Shown one piece after another: positions 29,180 to 38,872 of a stretch of DNA of 64,000 nucleotides. Under the pieces are notes generated by a model. That model did not search any database. It had not been told where the DNA came from and saw only the letters and a program-made list of their open reading frames with translations. The DNA comes from an uncultured Gammaproteobacteria bacterium (GTDB lineage: Bacteria > Patescibacteriota > Microgenomatia > CAZETR01 > Amesbacteraceae). Both the position numbers and the translations under genes were made by a program. Position 1 is the stretch's first letter, and every line of letters starts with the position of its first letter. Location of the stretch: NCBI GenBank assembly GCA_964633995.1, contig CAZWKN010000004.1:1260-65259 (forward strand), given 5' to 3'.

Positions 29180-30329
29180 AGGCTTGGTGTAATATTTTCT
29201 CAAATTTGTCTGGCATATTGGGATTGTCCTGCCAGGAGGTAAGAATTGGGGCGAGGTTTTTGTCAAGAACAGCTTGGGCTTCGGCTCGGGTTAAGATGCA
29301 CTCGAAAGGTTTTACAATTGTAAGTTGGCTCATTTCTGACTTTGTCGGGAATCTACCAATGATTTTTACGATTTGATCGTGAGATAAAAATGGTTTTAGG
29401 AGAAGTGCGGTGGAAATGCATTTGGGACAATGGCCGCACCAGGAATTTTGTTTTTGATTTTTATTGCAACTTCTGAATTGGTCGAAATACTGGGGCATAT
29501 TGGAGAAGAGTTTGGTAATTTGGAGCTCGTAGAGTGGTCGGAGGAAGGAGAAATAGTTAACAGTTGGCAGTTGCCAGTTGTCAGTTAAGTTCTTTATATA
29601 GTTATTAAAGTCTGTTTCGAATTCGAGGGTTTTGCTGTATTGATGATTAATGGTGTGACCCAGGTATTCTACATTGCCTTCTTCGGAACTTTTTTCGCTT
29701 GATACAGCGATGTATTTGTAGCCCGGAATTAGAAAAATAAAAGCTAAAATTGCGGAGTAGGGAATATGACCTTTAAGAAAACCAGGACCGGTGATTTGAG
29801 GGTCGAGAATGCGGCGGACGATGATTGAATTCGGAAACATTTTTTCGCTAGCCGGAGTAGTGGGGTAAACGATAATTGGTTTGACATCGAAGTGATTTTT
29901 TAATAATTCATAAGTGACAATTGAGTCCTTCCCGCCCCCGATGGGAATGAGTACTTTGTCATTCATGGTCATACGATTGGCATTCGTAGGCATACGGTTG
30001 CCAAAGGAAGAAATTTTTAGAAAATCCTTTTTTGTGAAGTCGATTTTGTTTTCGTAAAAATATTGACCCATTCCTTTGAGAGTCAGTTTATGCCAGAAAG
30101 CGACCTGACTGGGAGTGAGATAGCCGGCGCGGATTTCGATTTCGGGAGAGCAGAAGAGTTTCCAATAGGAAAACATTTCGGCAATTCCCAGATGAAATAT
30201 GAAAGGAGAGTTGAGACTTGAGATATTTTCAAATATTACTTGGTGGGTGAAGCGATATTCGCCAGCTGAGTAGTTAAATTTGAATGTGTTGCCTTCAATG
30301 GAATAAGAGTTATAAACAAAAGTAGTCAT
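29166..30329 (-). CDS. murL: UDP-MurNAc-L-Ala-L-Glu epimerase MurL-like protein
   Basis: SYWK..C, PP-loop IGGGKDS, GHIPYS, INHQYSK, FSFLRP, FRSCN, WCGHCPKC; lies between murC and murD. Confidence 0.8.
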   Translation of the reverse strand: MTTFVYNSYSIEGNTFKFNYSAGEYRFTHQVIFENISSLNSPFIFHLGIAEMFSYWKLFCSPEIEIRAGYLTPSQVAFWHKLTLKGMGQYFYENKIDFTKKDFLKISSFGNRMPTNANRMTMNDKVLIPIGGGKDSIVTYELLKNHFDVKPIIVYPTTPASEKMFPNSIIVRRILDPQITGPGFLKGHIPYSAILAFIFLIPGYKYIAVSSEKSSEEGNVEYLGHTINHQYSKTLEFETDFNNYIKNLTDNWQLPTVNYFSFLRPLYELQITKLFSNMPQYFDQFRSCNKNQKQNSWCGHCPKCISTALLLKPFLSHDQIVKIIGRFPTKSEMSQLTIVKPFECILTRAEAQAVLDKNLAPILTSWQDNPNMPDKFEKILHQAYANS

Positions 30330-31597
30330 AAATTTTCTAAAATTTGACGGGAAAGTTTGTAACTATTGCCCGAGCCCATGACTAAAATTACATCACCAGG
30401 TCGGGTTTCGGTTTTTAGGGTGTTAATAATGTCTGGAAACTCTGGAATATAGCGCCCCCCTGCAACTTTGGCGATGTCTGCTCCCGAAAAATCTCCGGGG
30501 TCGGTTTCACGCGAAGCGTAGATTTTGGAGACAATGACAGAGTCTGCCTGGATCAACGAATGGTGGACATCCGTTAAGACCGCTCGAAGTCTGGAGAAGG
30601 TATGAGGTTCGATGACGGCAAATATTTTAGAGTTGGGATTTTGCTCTTTTACCCCAGCTATACTTGCTGCAAAAGCAGTTGGGTGGTTGGCGTAGTCGTC
30701 GTAAACTTTGATGCCGTTTTTCTCGCCCAGAAGTTGAATACGTCTATCGATTCCAGTGAAATTTGTGAGTGCTTGATTGGTGATGTGATCGGACACATTA
30801 AGAAGTCGAGCTAATTTAATGACACCTAAGGCATTTGATTTGTTGTGGTTACCAGGGACGCCTAAATTGCGGTCGAATTCAGATAGGGTGTAGGAAATTG
30901 AATTCTTGGGTAGTTCAAGTTTGTGAATAAGGGGGGAATCTGTATTGTAAATTAACGTGCCCCCGGGTTTTAGATTGTTTATGAATTTTTGGAATGATTC
31001 TAGTAGTCGATCTATGGTGTGGAAATATTCAGGATGGTCCATCTCGATATTGTTTAAGATGATAACGTCGGGTTTGTATGTGGCGAAGTTGTCGTAAAAT
31101 TCGTCAGCCTCTGAAATAAAATATTTACTTTTGCCGATGCGGACATTTGAGTGCCAGATGGGAACCGTAGCTCCGACTTCTACGGTCGGGTCAAGGCCGG
31201 CTGCTTCTAATAGTAAGCCTGCCATAGTAGTGGTAGTAGATTTTCCGTGAGTACCGGCGACGCAAATTAAATATTTATTTTTGTGTAAATAGTTGCCCAT
31301 GAATTCTTGCCAGGTCGTGAGAATATTTTTTTGCTTGGCAAGGATCACTTCTGGATGGGCGTCGTTTTGGTAAAAAACGGCTGGAGTGACAGCTAAAATA
31401 TCGACGTCTTTCAAGTGGTCGGCAGAGTGGCCTTGGTGGATGCTAGATGCTAGATCCTTGATTTTAGAAATATAGGGAGTATCTAAATTCAGGTCGCAGC
31501 CGGATATTTCGTAGCCTTGGGCGTGGGCAATCTGGGCAACTGCAGACATGCCTGATCCACCTATGCCCATGAAGTGGATTTTTTTGGGATTTGACAC
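30326..31597 (-). CDS. murC: UDP-N-acetylmuramate--L-alanine ligase
   Basis: HFMGIGGSGMSAVA, AGTHGKSTTT, EADE, DHPEY, DDYANHPT; GTG start chosen at 31597. Confidence 0.95.
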   Translation of the reverse strand: MSNPKKIHFMGIGGSGMSAVAQIAHAQGYEISGCDLNLDTPYISKIKDLASSIHQGHSADHLKDVDILAVTPAVFYQNDAHPEVILAKQKNILTTWQEFMGNYLHKNKYLICVAGTHGKSTTTTMAGLLLEAAGLDPTVEVGATVPIWHSNVRIGKSKYFISEADEFYDNFATYKPDVIILNNIEMDHPEYFHTIDRLLESFQKFINNLKPGGTLIYNTDSPLIHKLELPKNSISYTLSEFDRNLGVPGNHNKSNALGVIKLARLLNVSDHITNQALTNFTGIDRRIQLLGEKNGIKVYDDYANHPTAFAASIAGVKEQNPNSKIFAVIEPHTFSRLRAVLTDVHHSLIQADSVIVSKIYASRETDPGDFSGADIAKVAGGRYIPEFPDIINTLKTETRPGDVILVMGSGNSYKLSRQILENL

Positions 31598-31619
31598 GGA
31601 GATATTATACAATGGCACT

Positions 31620-32660
31620 ATGCACTTCTACCTGGGATTAGTAATTTTGGCCTTTTTGGTTACGTCAGGGCTAATGGTACCGTTTATAGGTCTGTTATAT
31701 AAGCTGAGGTTTACTAGGAAAACAGAACTTAATGAGGTGAGAAAATCTGCTACAAAAGCTTTTTTGGCAATTAGGCAGATGCATGCAGTTAAGGCTGGGG
31801 TGCCGACCGGGGGTGGGATTTTGGTGGCGTTGGTGGTGGTTGTATTGTTTGCGTTTGCGTTTATGTTCCGAGAAGGGGAAGGGTCCATGGGGCCGTTGTC
31901 TGGCTATAATTTCTGGGGTGAAGTAGGTGCTTTGGTTGTGACATTTTTAGGGTTTGGGCTGTTGGGTTTTTACGACGATGTTATTAAAATTTTTGGATTT
32001 GCCAAAAGTAATTTTTTTGGGCTTAGGATGCGGCATAAACTGATGTTCCAGGTGGTTTTGGGGATGATTTCTGCGGGAATTTTGTGGTTGGGATTGGGAA
32101 TAGATATTGTGAATATTCCGTATATGGGGGCGGTTCATTTGGGTTGGTGGTATTTTCCCTTGGCTACTTTTTTAATTGTCGGGTTTGCGAATGCGTTTGA
32201 TTTTACGGATGGATTGGATGGATTATCGTGTGGCTTACTTATGGTTTGCCTATTGGCCTTTTGGGTTATTTCGGTTGCAGCACTAGACCATGTGCTTTCG
32301 GTTTTTATAGCACTATGGTTGGGGGGATTACTTGCTTTTTTGTATTTCAATATTTTTCCGGCTCGAATAATGCTTGGAAACATGGGAGGGCTAGCGTTTG
32401 GGGCAACTTTGGCAGTGGTCGGGTTGCTGTCTGGAAAAATGGTTGCTATGTTGGTAATTGGGGGTGTGTTTTTGGCAGAGGGAATGAGTAGTTTGTTGCA
32501 GTTGTTTAGCAAAAAATTTATGAAAAAACGACTATTTCCGATTGCACCACTCCATCATTGGTTGCAGTTGATCGGCTGGGAAGAGCCGAAAATTGTAGCT
32601 CGGGCGTGGCTGGTTGGATTGATGTTGGCAATATTTGGTGTTTGGCTGGCGTTTTTATGA
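31620..32660 (+). CDS. mraY: phospho-N-acetylmuramoyl-pentapeptide transferase
   Basis: KAGVPTGGG, GFYDD, NAFDFTDGLDGL, FNIFPARIMLG, APLHH. Confidence 0.95.
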   Translation: MHFYLGLVILAFLVTSGLMVPFIGLLYKLRFTRKTELNEVRKSATKAFLAIRQMHAVKAGVPTGGGILVALVVVVLFAFAFMFREGEGSMGPLSGYNFWGEVGALVVTFLGFGLLGFYDDVIKIFGFAKSNFFGLRMRHKLMFQVVLGMISAGILWLGLGIDIVNIPYMGAVHLGWWYFPLATFLIVGFANAFDFTDGLDGLSCGLLMVCLLAFWVISVAALDHVLSVFIALWLGGLLAFLYFNIFPARIMLGNMGGLAFGATLAVVGLLSGKMVAMLVIGGVFLAEGMSSLLQLFSKKFMKKRLFPIAPLHHWLQLIGWEEPKIVARAWLVGLMLAIFGVWLAFL

Positions 32661-33811
32661 TGAGAAGGTTAAAAAATTTGTGGCATTTGATGCATGCGTG
32701 GTATTGGGTGATTAGATGTGGATATCCGGCTAAGGATTTGTATGTAATAGGCGTGACTGGAACGGATGGTAAAACGACAACGACGACTTTGATATATGAA
32801 ATTCTAAAAGCGGCGGGTTTTAAAGTTGGGTATTTGACTACGGTTAATTCACACGGTTTGCATACTACAAATCCAGGTCCGGAAGAATTACAACCAATGT
32901 TGGCGGAAATGAAAAACTCTGGAATAACTCATGTAGTGTTAGAAGTTACCAGTCATGGACTAGATCAAAACAGAGTGGTGGGGTGTAATTTTAAAATTGG
33001 GGTTTTAACTAATATTACACATGAACATTTGGATTATCATGGGACGATGGAAAAATATATCGCAGCAAAATTGAAGTTGTTTAAGAAAGTTAAGTATGCG
33101 GTATTGCCAAGTTTTCAGTTTTCAGTTTTCAATTCTCAGTTAAATACAAATGTACAAAGTGTTAAATACGATAAAACGGCAATAAAGAATGTTAGTCCGG
33201 CTCTGGAGGGGGATTATAATAAATATAATATTGGAGCAGCAGCCGCCGTGGCAGACATATTAAAAATTGATAAGTCATTAAGTCATAAAGTCATTAGGTC
33301 ATTTTCTGGGGTGGAGGGGAGACGGCAGGAGGTGGATGTGGGGCAAAAGTTTAGGGTAATTGTAGATTTTGCACATACGCCCAATGCGTTGGAACAAGTA
33401 TTAAAATCGTTTCGGAGCAGTCGAGGTAGGTTGATTGTAGTATTTGGGTGTACCGGGGAGAGGGATAAAGCGAAAAGACCTATGATGGGGCAAGTAGCTG
33501 TGGAACTGGCGGATGAGGTAATAATAACCTCAGACGATACCCGATCGGAGAATCAGGACACTATATACAATCAGATAGTATCAGGGATTAAGTATCAAGA
33601 ATTAAGCATGAGGAAAATACATAAAATTAACGATAGGAGAACGGCAATCGAGGAGGCGATAAAAATGGCTAAACCAAACGATACTGTTTTGTTGGCCGGA
33701 AAGGGGCACGAGAAGTCAATTTTGATTGGCAAAACTGAGGTGCCGTGGTCTGATGTTGAGGAAGCTAAGCGGGCAATCCTTCCTGCCGGCAGGCAGGTTT
33801 TGCATAAGTAA
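32657..33811 (+). CDS. murE: UDP-N-acetylmuramoyl-tripeptide synthetase
   Basis: GVTGTDGKTTT, LEVTSHGL, TNITHEHLDYH, VDFAHTPNAL, FGCTGERD, AGKGHE. Confidence 0.93.
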   Translation: MMRRLKNLWHLMHAWYWVIRCGYPAKDLYVIGVTGTDGKTTTTTLIYEILKAAGFKVGYLTTVNSHGLHTTNPGPEELQPMLAEMKNSGITHVVLEVTSHGLDQNRVVGCNFKIGVLTNITHEHLDYHGTMEKYIAAKLKLFKKVKYAVLPSFQFSVFNSQLNTNVQSVKYDKTAIKNVSPALEGDYNKYNIGAAAAVADILKIDKSLSHKVIRSFSGVEGRRQEVDVGQKFRVIVDFAHTPNALEQVLKSFRSSRGRLIVVFGCTGERDKAKRPMMGQVAVELADEVIITSDDTRSENQDTIYNQIVSGIKYQELSMRKIHKINDRRTAIEEAIKMAKPNDTVLLAGKGHEKSILIGKTEVPWSDVEEAKRAILPAGRQVLHK

Positions 33812-33838
33812 TTTTCATATGTTAAGGTTTTAGGGCTT

Positions 33839-34933
33839 ATGAACAGAGGATTAAGAGTTGTGTTGTCAGATGTGCGGCTGTACGTGCGTTTATGGTCCCG
33901 ATATTTATTTAGAAAAGGCTATGGGAGTTTTGCTGGGTTTGAGAAAATTAAGGGTTTTGTAGCATCCAGTCTGTATCGACAAAGGGGAAGGTTTGCCAGG
34001 CCTTTTGTACACACTGCTATGGGAGCTATTGTGGCTATGGGGGTGGCGTTGGCTCCAGTTTTGGCAAATTCTTTTCCGGGCATTGAAAACACTCAGGTGA
34101 GTGAAAGTTTGCAGTCTTCTGGAATTATGGAGATAACTGATGATGGAACAGCAACAGTGGTGTCTGACAAGGTACGCGATAAGGTAATGGAGTATGTAGT
34201 TCAGACAGGAGATACTGTAACGGCGATCGCTTTGAAATTTGGGGTTTCCGCTGATACGATCAGGTGGGAAAACGGTTTGGTTTCGGCCAATGAGATTAAG
34301 CCGGGTCAAACACTCAGGATTCTTCCGGTGACTGGTGTCAGGCATAAGGTGGCCAGGGGAGAGACTATTTATACCATTGCAAAAAAGTATGACGCCAATC
34401 CACAGGCGGTCGTCGATTTTCCGTTCAACACTTTTTCCGATAATGAATCGTTTGCTTTGGCGGTGGGGCAAGATCTGATTGTGCCGGATGGTAAAAAAAC
34501 GGACGAGATTCCCTGGTCCCCGCAGTTGTACGTGACACAAAAGACTCCGAATGCAGGAGCTGTGTCGGCCACTGGTAATTTTGTTTGGCCGATGGGTGGG
34601 GTAATTACACAGTATTTTTCCTGGTACCATAGGGGTATTGATATTGCTACCGGATTTGGAACGCCAATTGTGGCGGCTGATGCTGGAAAGGTGGTCGTGG
34701 CTGGGTGGCCTGATAACTCGGGTTATGGAAATCGGGTGGTAATAGATCATGGAAATGGTTATCAGACTTGGTATGCGCACATGTCTAAGATTTTTGTGAC
34801 AACAGGCCAAACTGTGACCAGGGGTGCTCAGTTGGGGCTGGAGGGGTCTACTGGGCGGTCAACAGGGCCTCATTTGCACTTTGAGGTTAGATACAAAGGG
34901 GTCAACCAAAGTCCTCTAAATTACCTTAAGTAG
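33839..34933 (+). CDS. LysM x2 + M23 peptidase
   Basis: YVVQTGDTVTAIA and HKVARGETIYTIA LysM domains; HRGIDI, YAHM, STGPHLHFE. Confidence 0.92.
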   Translation: MNRGLRVVLSDVRLYVRLWSRYLFRKGYGSFAGFEKIKGFVASSLYRQRGRFARPFVHTAMGAIVAMGVALAPVLANSFPGIENTQVSESLQSSGIMEITDDGTATVVSDKVRDKVMEYVVQTGDTVTAIALKFGVSADTIRWENGLVSANEIKPGQTLRILPVTGVRHKVARGETIYTIAKKYDANPQAVVDFPFNTFSDNESFALAVGQDLIVPDGKKTDEIPWSPQLYVTQKTPNAGAVSATGNFVWPMGGVITQYFSWYHRGIDIATGFGTPIVAADAGKVVVAGWPDNSGYGNRVVIDHGNGYQTWYAHMSKIFVTTGQTVTRGAQLGLEGSTGRSTGPHLHFEVRYKGVNQSPLNYLK

Positions 34934-34941
34934 GGCCAATT

Positions 34942-35047
34942 TGCTATAATGCTGGTAGACCCAGGTAGAAGTCCTTCTGGATATTAGGTTTCCCAGAGGC
35001 TAATAGGACCGGGGAATCTATAAACCAGAAGGAGGTGACCGACTAAA
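34942..35047 (+). promoter_or_regulatory. extended -10 promoter plus structured 5' UTR sequestering the SD
   Basis: TGCTATAAT; TCCTTCTGG(34972-80) is perfectly complementary to CCAGAAGGA(35025-33), which overlaps AAGGAGGT. Confidence 0.65.
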
Positions 35048-35320
35048 ATGCAAGATCAAACATTAACATGCAAAGATTGTGGTAAGCCATTCGTTTGGAC
35101 AGCTGGAGAGCAAAAATTCTATCAAGAGAAAGGATTTACGAATCCTCCAACTCGATGCCCAGAGTGTCGGCAGAAAAAGAAATCTGACATGCAGGGTGGA
35201 AGAGCGAGCTTCCCAATCACTTGTAGCAATTGTGGAAAACAAGACACTGTGCCGTTTGAACCGAAAGGTGACAGGCCAGTTTTGTGCCGCGATTGTTTCA
35301 AAAACAGCAAACAAGGTTAA
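35048..35320 (+). CDS. zinc-ribbon / CxxC-x17-CxxC domain protein
   Basis: CKDCG..F.WTAGEQKFY.EKGF...P.RCPECR and CSNCG...VPFEP....PVLCRDCF. Confidence 0.9.
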   Translation: MQDQTLTCKDCGKPFVWTAGEQKFYQEKGFTNPPTRCPECRQKKKSDMQGGRASFPITCSNCGKQDTVPFEPKGDRPVLCRDCFKNSKQG

Positions 35321-35343
35321 ATCCTTGTGGCTGGATAAAAATT

Positions 35344-35372
35344 AAACCCCCCGATGTACATCGGGGGGTTTT
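35344..35372. terminator. bidirectional intrinsic terminator
   Basis: Perfect palindrome AAACCCCCCGATGTACATCGGGGGGTTT between convergent genes. Confidence 0.85.
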
Positions 35373-35379
35373 GTGTCGG

Positions 35380-35452
35380 TGGACCCTAGGGGATTCGAAC
35401 CCCTTGCCTTCTCTATGCCATAGAGACGCTCTACCAAGTGAGCTAAGGGCCC
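35380..35452 (-). tRNA. tRNA-Ala(GGC)
   Basis: GGGCCCTTAGCTCACTTGGTAGAGCG-TCTCT-ATGGCAT-AGAGA...AGGGG-TTCGAAT-CCCCT-AGGGTCCA. Confidence 0.95.
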
Positions 35453-35503
35453 AGGAGTTTAATTTTACCAGATTGGGCCTGAATGTTTTGAGGGGATGCG
35501 AGT

Positions 35504-35800
35504 TTATTGAGATCTTCTGGCGCCGGGAATCATGCTGAGTGCTGCGATGAAGGTTGCTCCGGCTCCGGTAGCAAGGATTTGAACAGCTGCGTCTCCATGT
35601 TCAGCTACTACTCTTAGAATTCCAAAGGATAAAACTGGTCCTGGTGCGGTGGCTAATATTCTTATGGACTCTATTATGTTGTGGGACTGGGCAAGGGTGT
35701 CAATTCCTAAGGAAAGGCTAGTTGCTGCTATGCCGATCCAAGCTGCGGCTAGGGGCAATAGCGGTAATAAGGCTCGCCTTTCGACTTCTGCGTTACTCAT
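35504..35800 (-). CDS. small membrane protein
   Basis: MSNAEVERR..., hydrophobic; TTGACG-17-TATACT promoter upstream. Confidence 0.6.
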   Translation of the reverse strand: MSNAEVERRALLPLLPLAAAWIGIAATSLSLGIDTLAQSHNIIESIRILATAPGPVLSFGILRVVAEHGDAAVQILATGAGATFIAALSMIPGARRSQ

Positions 35801-35840
35801 TGTCCTATAGTATACCAATATTTGGGGTTTTCGTCAAGTT

Positions 35841-35890
35841 TGGTGGACCATGGGGGAATCAGCTGCGGCCTGCACAGCAGCCCCGTATCC
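35841..35890 (-). pseudogene. tRNA-Ala/tmRNA-type 3' end fragment with a hairpin inserted in the T-loop
   Basis: Minus strand reads GGATACGGGG-ctgctgtgcaggccgcagc-TGATTCCCCCATGGTCCACCA. Confidence 0.55.
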
Positions 35891-35926
35891 GCAATTTACC
35901 TACTATCTAATCTAGTGCGAATGTTG

Positions 35927-35997
35927 TGGACCCAGCCGGAATCGGACCGGCGACTGGTCGATGCGAACGACCTGGTATACCACTTGCCTATGGGCCC
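35927..35997 (-). tRNA. tRNA-Ala(CGC), slightly non-canonical
   Basis: GGGCCCA...GGTCG-TTCGCAT-CGACC...GCCGG-TCCGATT-CCGGC-TGGGTCCA; T-loop TCC instead of TTC. Confidence 0.8.
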
Positions 35998-36028
35998 TAT
36001 AGAGTTATTTTATCAAAATAGGAAGCGA

Positions 36029-38095
36029 TTATGGAGTGGTTGTAGGGGCTGGAGTGGTGGATGGGGCCGGGGTGGTGGAAGTTTGAGGGCCGAGCTCTGT
36101 TGGGAGTTTAAGAGGAGGATTTACTTTTGGACTGGTTTGAACTTTGGGTGATTCCAATTGGGTTTTCGCAGGAGCTGCTGCAGGAGTTACTTCCTCTTGG
36201 CCAATTTTGGTTGCCAGCTCTTCCAGCTCCCCCTGAGCTTTGGTGTAGTCAGCGCTGGTTTTGTCGACCAGACTAACAACTTTTTGCATGGCTAAGTAGG
36301 CATTTTTATAGTCAGATTTTTCTTTAAAAGACGCTGCGAGGTTGTAGTAGCCATTGGCATAGTCTGGTTTTAGGTCGATTGATTGTTGGAAGAGTCTGGT
36401 GGCCTCGTCAAAGCTTTTTTGGGAGAAGAGGACTCCACCTAATGCAACTCTTAAGGCTGGATTAATGGGGTCCAGGGCGATTGCCTGGCGGTAGGAGGCC
36501 ACGGTCCACTCGTCTGCACCTTGAGCGATATTGATGAGGTTTCTATAGACATTAGCTAAGTTTTCGACGTTGGTTACTTTTTGAGGATTTAGGGCTACGG
36601 CATTTTTGGCTTCGCGGATCGATTGTTGGACGAGTTGGGAGATGGTGTTTCGTTCGTCGTTGGTTAAGTCTTTTTTGGCAGCGAGAGTGTTGGCCAAAAG
36701 AAGGTTGGTTTGAGAATAGGCAATACGATATGTGTCGCGATTGGGATTAATGCGCATGGCAGAGAGAAGAGTGTCGTACGTTTTCTTGCCGTCGTTGTTG
36801 GCAGCAAAAACCAACGCTTGCTGAAACACATATTCTCCGGTGTAGGCAGAAGCTGTGTAGTAGAGACTGGGTAAGGCAAGAGCTACTGCCATTACAAAAG
36901 CAATCCATGGCAATATGGGGGATTTGTTTCCGGAATCGGTGGCCGCCACGATATCAATATTGGCTTCGTGGATAAGCGATGAACCTAACAATTTGAAAGC
37001 AGATACTGCCAAAACAAGCAACGTAAAGGTGATGGTTAGTGTAGAAAGATTTGTTGGCAAGAAAAGTTGGCTTATGAAAAATAGCGAAGCAGTGGCTGTG
37101 GTTGATAAAGCAATGGCGTGAAGTGGTGATTCAGAGCTGGTTTTAAACGCCTTAAGGAGCAAATTTAATGCTTTGACGGCCAAAATTACGTAAGCTGCCG
37201 TCCCCAAGACTCCTACTGTGGCCAAGAGTTGGAGGTAGTAATTTGAGGCACTAGTAAATCTGACTGCCCAATTAGGAGACATGTTGTAAGCCAAAGGACG
37301 GAATTGGCTGAAATCAGTCATGAATGTGGACGGGCCAGTTCCCAAGATGGGTGATTGTTTTAGTACTTCAAGAGCAATGGCCCAGCTGGTGGCCTGGGAC
37401 AGGAAAATTGGTTTGTTTACGGAGTCTGTTTTAAAGATACGGTAACCAGTAAGGCCTGCCCCAATTACGCTGGCAAACAGGGCAATGGAAAGAAGTAGTG
37501 TTTTGAGTGAGTTGGATTTTTCTTTGACGATAAGGATAATTAAAAAGACTGAAAATCCGGCAAGTAAAACAAGAGTTGTCAGGGGATTTCCTGTTGGAGT
37601 CCAGATTTGCGATTTAAGAAAAGCGGGTAGTGGTATGAGCTGTATTACCCCAGATCCCCAAAGGACTGCAGTAATAGCCAAAAGCGAAAGTGAAACGATA
37701 AAAGTGTTAATGAGACCTTCGATGTGTTTTCGAGTACGAATGAGGTTGATTGCTGAAAAAAAGAAGAAGGAAATTGCCAATATTGTTCCGGTCTGACCGG
37801 GTTCAAAAAAAGCGTCTATGCGGTTGGGGGATTTTATAAATGTAGAAAGAGCCCAGGTAAGAGCCAGGCCAAGTATTGGAAGTCCAAAAGGACTACGTGT
37901 AAGGCGGACTTGTTTGTCGACAACAAACGATCCGGTTAATGAAAGAGTTGCGATTATGGTGGCGATAAACAGAAGAGCTTGTTTGTTGTATTCATAGAAC
38001 TCTGAAGTAATGGGTAGGAAGAATACTGGAAGTAGTAAGACTGTCGCGACAATGCTAAAGAAGCCAAGTTTTTGTAGAGCTGTAGAAAGTTTCAT
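36029..38095 (-). CDS. multi-TM O-antigen-ligase/oligosaccharyltransferase-like protein with C-terminal TPRs
   Basis: About 12 TM segments, PILGTGPSTF...ASNYYLQLLATVGVLG (Wzy_C-like), TPR motifs AIALDPINP and SIDLKPDYANGYYNLA. Confidence 0.8.
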   Translation of the reverse strand: MKLSTALQKLGFFSIVATVLLLPVFFLPITSEFYEYNKQALLFIATIIATLSLTGSFVVDKQVRLTRSPFGLPILGLALTWALSTFIKSPNRIDAFFEPGQTGTILAISFFFFSAINLIRTRKHIEGLINTFIVSLSLLAITAVLWGSGVIQLIPLPAFLKSQIWTPTGNPLTTLVLLAGFSVFLIILIVKEKSNSLKTLLLSIALFASVIGAGLTGYRIFKTDSVNKPIFLSQATSWAIALEVLKQSPILGTGPSTFMTDFSQFRPLAYNMSPNWAVRFTSASNYYLQLLATVGVLGTAAYVILAVKALNLLLKAFKTSSESPLHAIALSTTATASLFFISQLFLPTNLSTLTITFTLLVLAVSAFKLLGSSLIHEANIDIVAATDSGNKSPILPWIAFVMAVALALPSLYYTASAYTGEYVFQQALVFAANNDGKKTYDTLLSAMRINPNRDTYRIAYSQTNLLLANTLAAKKDLTNDERNTISQLVQQSIREAKNAVALNPQKVTNVENLANVYRNLINIAQGADEWTVASYRQAIALDPINPALRVALGGVLFSQKSFDEATRLFQQSIDLKPDYANGYYNLAASFKEKSDYKNAYLAMQKVVSLVDKTSADYTKAQGELEELATKIGQEEVTPAAAPAKTQLESPKVQTSPKVNPPLKLPTELGPQTSTTPAPSTTPAPTTTP

Positions 38096-38147
38096 TGATT
38101 ATATTAAATAGTCATTTGGTTCACTGGTCAATGGGGAGTTTGGAATG

Positions 38148-38178
38148 GGTCTGACCTATTGCGGAAGAGGTCTGACCT
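38148..38178 (+). repeat. REP-like palindromes upstream of transposase
   Basis: GGTCTGACCT at 38148 and 38169. Confidence 0.55.
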
Positions 38179-38194
38179 GTGTCATGATGTAATT

Positions 38195-38872
38195 ATGCCG
38201 GCCAAGTTTAGGGTGAAGTCTAATAATGAGCACACGCTATACCATATATATAATAGGGGCGTGGATGGGAGGGATGTATTTGTTGATGAGAACGATTACA
38301 CCGAATTTTTGGACACATTAAAAAAATATGTGACTAAGGTGGAAATAAAAACCGTTCCGGGTTTTAAGACATTGAAACCGTCAATGGCAGAATACATGCA
38401 GAAGATGAATTTGTCGGATCAGCTGGACATGGTAGCATATTGTATGATGTCCAATCATATTCATCTGGTGATTTATCAGAAACAATTGGACGCTATTGCC
38501 AAGCTGATGAGGAGAGTGATGACTGGGTATGGGATGTATTTTAATAAGAAATACAAGCGAAGAGGACCTTTGTGGGAGGGGGTATATAGGGCTGTGGAAA
38601 TATCGTCAGGGGAACAGCTTGTTTGTCTTACTAAATATATTCACTTAAACCCGGTAACTCGGACGGTAAGAAGGTTTGGCCCGGTCGAAACGATAACCGG
38701 TTCGTCGCCTGAGAGTTATACGTATTCAAGTTTTGGTACATATATAGGTCTAAATAATGATAAATGGGTAAATATTAAATTCGTAAATATGAATTCCGAT
38801 GAATATAAAAGATATGTGTCTGAGCACGACAATGCCTTGGAAGAGAAGCTCAAAGAGGTGAAGATCGATTAA
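38195..38872 (+). mobile_element. REP-associated tyrosine transposase (RAYT, IS200/Y1 HUH family)
   Basis: YHIYNRG, AYCMMSNHIHL (HUH), YFNKKYKRRGPLW, catalytic YIHLNP, YSS. Confidence 0.88.

Noticed and set aside
33905-34810. 301-aa antisense ORF and the many other shadow ORFs opposite known genes
   Set aside because: They lie opposite well-supported genes, lack motifs, and are explained by strand-biased codon usage
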